Below, piece by piece: positions 60,191 to 64,000 of a stretch of 64,000 nt of DNA (the first letter of the stretch is position 1; every line of letters starts with the position of its first letter). The stretch lies in contig OY253674.1 of the NCBI GenBank assembly GCA_958009085.1, forward strand, positions 372,001 through 436,000, given 5' to 3'. Source of the stretch: Protoeuglena noctilucae (taxonomy: Eukaryota). Both the position numbers and the translations under genes were made by a program. The notes beneath the pieces were generated by a model. It was given only the letters and a program-made list of their open reading frames with translations, was not told where the DNA came from and did no database searches.

Positions 60191-62043
60191 ATGTCGGGGC
60201 TGGTGGGGGAGGCGGAGCAGCTCGTAGAGCGCTGCCGCAACGTCAGCAATCGCGCGGCCAACTTTCAGGAGAAACAGCAGCAAGAGCTCGATGCCATCTG
60301 CGGTGAGACTGCTTGCGAGGACGGACGCCACGCTCGAACCCGGCGAAGGCTCGCTAGGGCGCACCTTAGCACCGTGACTTGGCCTGCAGATGAGCTCATG
60401 AACGTCCTGCACTCTCTCAACGACATGGAGAAGAGACTGGAGCAGCAGCGGCATACGATGGGGCCGGGGGAGTACCAGACGGCGGGCCACCAGGTCTGCA
60501 GGCGCGGTCGGGGGTTGAGCCTGTCCCAGAGACGGGGTTGATCTGCGGTGTGACTAGTCCCCTCTCCCCTCCACCCCGCAGCTCAGCGTGGCCCGCAACG
60601 TGTTCCAAGCCGCGGGGCCGGGGGGAGACCTGCGGCGGTATTTGGGGGCCAAGGCCAAGCGAGGGGCGGGGTTCGCCCTGACGCTCATGATCGGGAAGCA
60701 GACGAACGTGGCCACGTTCAGCCAGGAGCGGCTCCTGCAAGTGAAGCAGGAGTACCAGGAGTTCCGCGTGAACACGGCCTGGAAAATCCTCGCCATGTCG
60801 AGCGTCCTGTACTACTTCTGGTACCGGGGCCATCGCCTCATGGGGGCCGCGTCCTCCATGAAAGGGCCGGCGGAGCCACAGCCCTCGGGGTGGGGCTGGG
60901 GCGTCGTCTGGTTCTTGGACCACTTCAAGCCGGCAGGTGGGATGACGTGACCCTAGTCATGCACGATGTGCCTGTTGCGGCACCCAGTCACCTGCCTCAC
61001 GGCCACGGCAGGCTGACGCAGAGACCCTGCCCACCGCCGCCGCAGCGACGATTCCCAAGGTCGGGGGGCGCGACCTCGTCCCCTATGTCCACGCGTCGTA
61101 TATGCCCTTCGTCATGACGTGCGTCCAGGCCTTCCTCGCCTGGCTCCTCTATTTCTACGCCGCCATGACGTTGCGGGAGAACGTGCTGCGGTGAGAGAGA
61201 GTGATTCGGGACATCGTTTCCCATGCGACGTTCATCCGCATTCGGTCGGCGCTCACTGCAACCTCCGCTACACCCTCGCGTGCACACACCCTCGCGTGCA
61301 GAGTGAACGGGAGCAACATCCGGAAATGGTGGATTTTCCACCACTACATCTCCACGCTCTGTGTCCTCGTCCTGCTCACCCTGCCCATCGACGCCGTATG
61401 CATGCTCGAGTTCATGGGGCCCATGCTGCTGATGATGGCCTTCCAAGGGCTCGTCATGATGGCGCAGGTGCCGGTCAACCCCGCAGCGCGCGACGTCGCG
61501 AGGAGAGGCGAGTGGGGACCCACCCTGTGTCCATCTCGGCCCCCTTGGCTCTCGCAGAACTGGTACCAGAGGAACCGCCTGTACACGCGCATTGCGATCG
61601 GCAAGTCGGGGACCATGGACGTGGCGGCGGGGGAGAGCTCAGGGTCGTCAGGGCAGACCCTCGTGCTGTACCCGATCCTGTTTAGCTTCCAGGTGAGACC
61701 TGGGCGCACTGGCTGGGGCGTCAGGCACGCTGCCCATCCCACACTGTGTGTGCGGCGGCGCCCGTCAACCCCACCGTCCCCACCATCATCGCAGTTCCTT
61801 CAAGGCTACCTGGGCGTCTCATTACTGCTGCGTTTCTGGCGCTCGTTCCTGGACCCGAGGGACATCATCGAGTTCACGGCGGAGTCGGCCAGCTCGGCCG
61901 CGATTTCGGGGTCGGAGCTCCGCGCCATGCGGGGCCTCTGCGTCGTCGGGGCGACGCTCGTCACGCTGGCGTTGGGCAATCTCTACTCCACGGTCGTGAC
62001 CCTCGTCGGGAAGATGAGGAAGGTGTCCCGCGTGGGGCGGTGA
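60191..62043 (+). CDS. TMEM120: TMEM120/TMPIT-family membrane protein
   Basis: N-terminal coiled coil, VKQEYQEFR, LRENVL|RVNGSNIRKWWIFHHYIS, QNWYQRNRLYTRIAIGK...MDVAAGE, LYPILF. Confidence 0.92.
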
Positions 62044-62189
62044 GAACAGACCCAACCAGCGTGCCGTGCCAAGGGCCGAACATTCAAACCAAGTGCTTCG
62101 CGAGCTCCAGGGCTGGAGCTCGCATGGGACCGCTGAGCTGCGCAAGCATGAGGAGCATGCAGGGCTGTGGGAAGCGTGTGTGCTGCGTC

Positions 62190-63458
62190 TCAAAGGGCTC
62201 GAAGCGCCCCCATTTTCTTGTAGACCCCGACCGCTGTGGCGCACACGACGTTCTTGCCCTCCTTCTGCGTTAAAAGCTCCATGCGCACCTGCGGGCAGGA
62301 CGAGCCATGCGACGTGCACCTTGCGTCCCTCTGCTCTGCACCCGCGTGCAGCGGCCTGCTCCCTCCATCCTTTGAATCGTCACCTCCACCACGGGTCGGT
62401 CCACGCCCAGCTTGGGCCCCTGCGTGACCTTCAGGACCTGGGACTTGAGGGTCAACGGGACATCAGGCATAGCAGGCGACTTGAAGTCCACCGCCAAGTG
62501 GCTCGTGAGGGTGAGGGCGGGGCGGGGCAGGCAGGCCCTGTCCATCAATGCGATGGCCGCCGTCCAGTTCCCATGGCACTCGAACAGCGTCGAGATGACA
62601 CCGCCGTTGAGCACGCCCGGGAAGGCGCAGTACTTGCTGCCCAGCACTGTACAGGCGAGGCGAGGCATTGGAGGTCGGATGGGGTTAGGGTCTGGAGGGT
62701 CCGACACGTCGGCAAGGCCGCAGGGTGGCACTGCTGCGCTCACCGATTTGCGCCACGAGACCCCCATCCCCGGAGCGGAACGAGCGCAGCCCGAGTCCGC
62801 CACTGGCGGCGGGCCCGCAGCCGTAGCATGCAGAGAGAGGCGTGTAGGCCTCCTGCACCGACGTTTGCTGCTCGTCCTTGGCATATCCCAAGCCGCCTTG
62901 CACCACGGCAGGGTGATGCGGACTGTTGCAGGGATTGATCTTCACTCCCTGAGACGACAGGGCTTGCCAGGCCGCCTGTCGATCTCCGTGACCGCCCTCC
63001 GCCGCCTCGCTCTGCGGAGCGGGCCCCGAGAGCGAGCGTGTGGCGTCGGCAAGGTGCCAAGCTTTGCTAAGCGAATGGGCTCACAGCATAACCCTGATCC
63101 CGTTGCGCCTCACCCCGAAGGACTTAAACAAAGACCTCCATGTTCCGGTCCCGGCGTGGCCGGGATGGGCCGCGGCGTCGCCTGCGCAAGCGTTAACAGA
63201 CACGCGTCGATGGCAGCGGCGCGTCGCGATGGTCGGCGAGCGCGGTGAGGGACTCACCTGCTCGAGCCGGACCAACGGAAGCCCTCGGCGTATACGCCCC
63301 GACGGTGGCCTGAGACCCAGAGCGACTCGCGAGCGGGACAAGTTGGCGCAGCAAACGCCGGGACATCTGAGCGGCGCGCGAGTCGTGAAGCCCCAGCTGA
63401 CTCGGTCACGATAGAGCGGGTCCGCGTTGGCATTAGACGTGGCTTCGCGAGGCGTCAT
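62190..63458 (-). CDS. Hotdog-fold thioesterase (PaaI/4HBT-like), probably organelle-targeted
   Basis: SVQEAYTPLSACYGCGPA..GLGLRSF, YCAFPGVLNGGVISTLFECHGNWTAA, LTSHLAVDFKSP. The last exon reads VRMELLTQ...GVYKKMGALRAL* (TGA at 62190-62192). Confidence 0.85.
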
Positions 63459-63935
63459 GACGTTGACGCGCGGGCCCTGACGGAGGGCGTACCTGCCCCC
63501 GCTCGGTGCCCGCGAGACAGGAGGCTATTGCCGAGCGCGTGGGTGGGAGAATTCATGTTCATCGGTGACCTCTCTGGGCAATATCTGTTTTCCTTTCACA
63601 AGCTTTTGGACCACACTTGACGGGCGCATCTGGTCCTGAGGGCGCTGGACGGCCCACGAGTGTCCTGTCGATTTAAGCTGGATCCACAGGTGATAGCCAG
63701 GAGCACCTAGCACGAGGTGGGGTGCTGGGAATGCGTGGCAGCGCCCAGCATGAAGGTCCGACAACGTCTCCCTTGCCTACCGGGGCTGGAGCGACTGCGG
63801 AGCCCCCCATGTCTGTCTTTGGATGAAGTACTATGCAGGGACGTCTCTTGGGGTGAAAATAGTCGGCCAAGCGGCACGAAGCCTCGAGGCACATGTTGGA
63901 CTTCCATACCTGCCCATGGCTTCAACGCGCGCAGG

Positions 63936-63984
63936 TCAGAGAACGGCGGACGCGCGCTGCATCATCATTCGGTAGGCGCGGGGT
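63936..63984 (-). CDS. Possible terminal exon of a gene starting beyond the window end
   Basis: A pyrimidine-rich cacag acceptor near 63985 is followed by PRAYRMMMQRASAVL*. Frame and extent are unverified. Confidence 0.25.
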
Positions 63985-64000
63985 CTGTGAGTGGGGAGGG

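Noticed and set aside
1..64000. Alternative nuclear genetic code or selenocysteine recoding
   Set aside because: TAA, TAG and TGA all end conserved proteins at the expected positions, and I saw no in-frame stops in conserved exons.
1..64000. Introner-like repeated introns, transposons, CRISPR arrays, rRNA
   Set aside because: No shared intron sequences, terminal repeats, transposase/RT motifs or spaced repeat arrays were visible by eye. An all-versus-all intron alignment would be needed to exclude introners fully.

Overview
This is eukaryotic nuclear DNA: GC-rich (about two-thirds GC by eye), very gene-dense and intron-rich, with mostly 70-200 nt spliceosomal introns. It uses the standard genetic code (TAA, TAG and TGA all end recognisable genes). 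Plastid-targeted genes (TGD2, DiT2, a CRM-domain protein) together with BBS7 and a PKA-like kinase point to a flagellated green alga (chlorophyte). The supplied ORF track is largely misleading because genes are split by introns. By splicing exons by hand I can support about 25 genes: BBS7 (partial), mL59-like, IPK1, TGD2, ASCC1, PMI, a Nudix-like protein, YIP4, TTC27, PP2A-B55, DiT2, a CRM protein, an SUA/RBM5-like protein, a PLAC8-like protein, a PKA-C-like kinase, a 3xCCCH protein, ALIS/CDC50, TMEM120, a hotdog thioesterase, and several orphans. I found no tRNA, rRNA, CRISPR array or transposase, and no clear novel multi-gene system. The most notable signals are: (1) many GC-AG introns (about 14, several pinned by homology); (2) same-strand genes only about 15-170 nt apart, which are candidate polycistronic loci; (3) two large orphans rich in RPx[S/T]A/P ciliary-kinase motifs; (4) an orphan with clathrin/AP-adaptor motifs; (5) an SUA-like splicing factor lacking its G-patch. 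Gene spans include introns. Family calls come from motif recall, not database searches.
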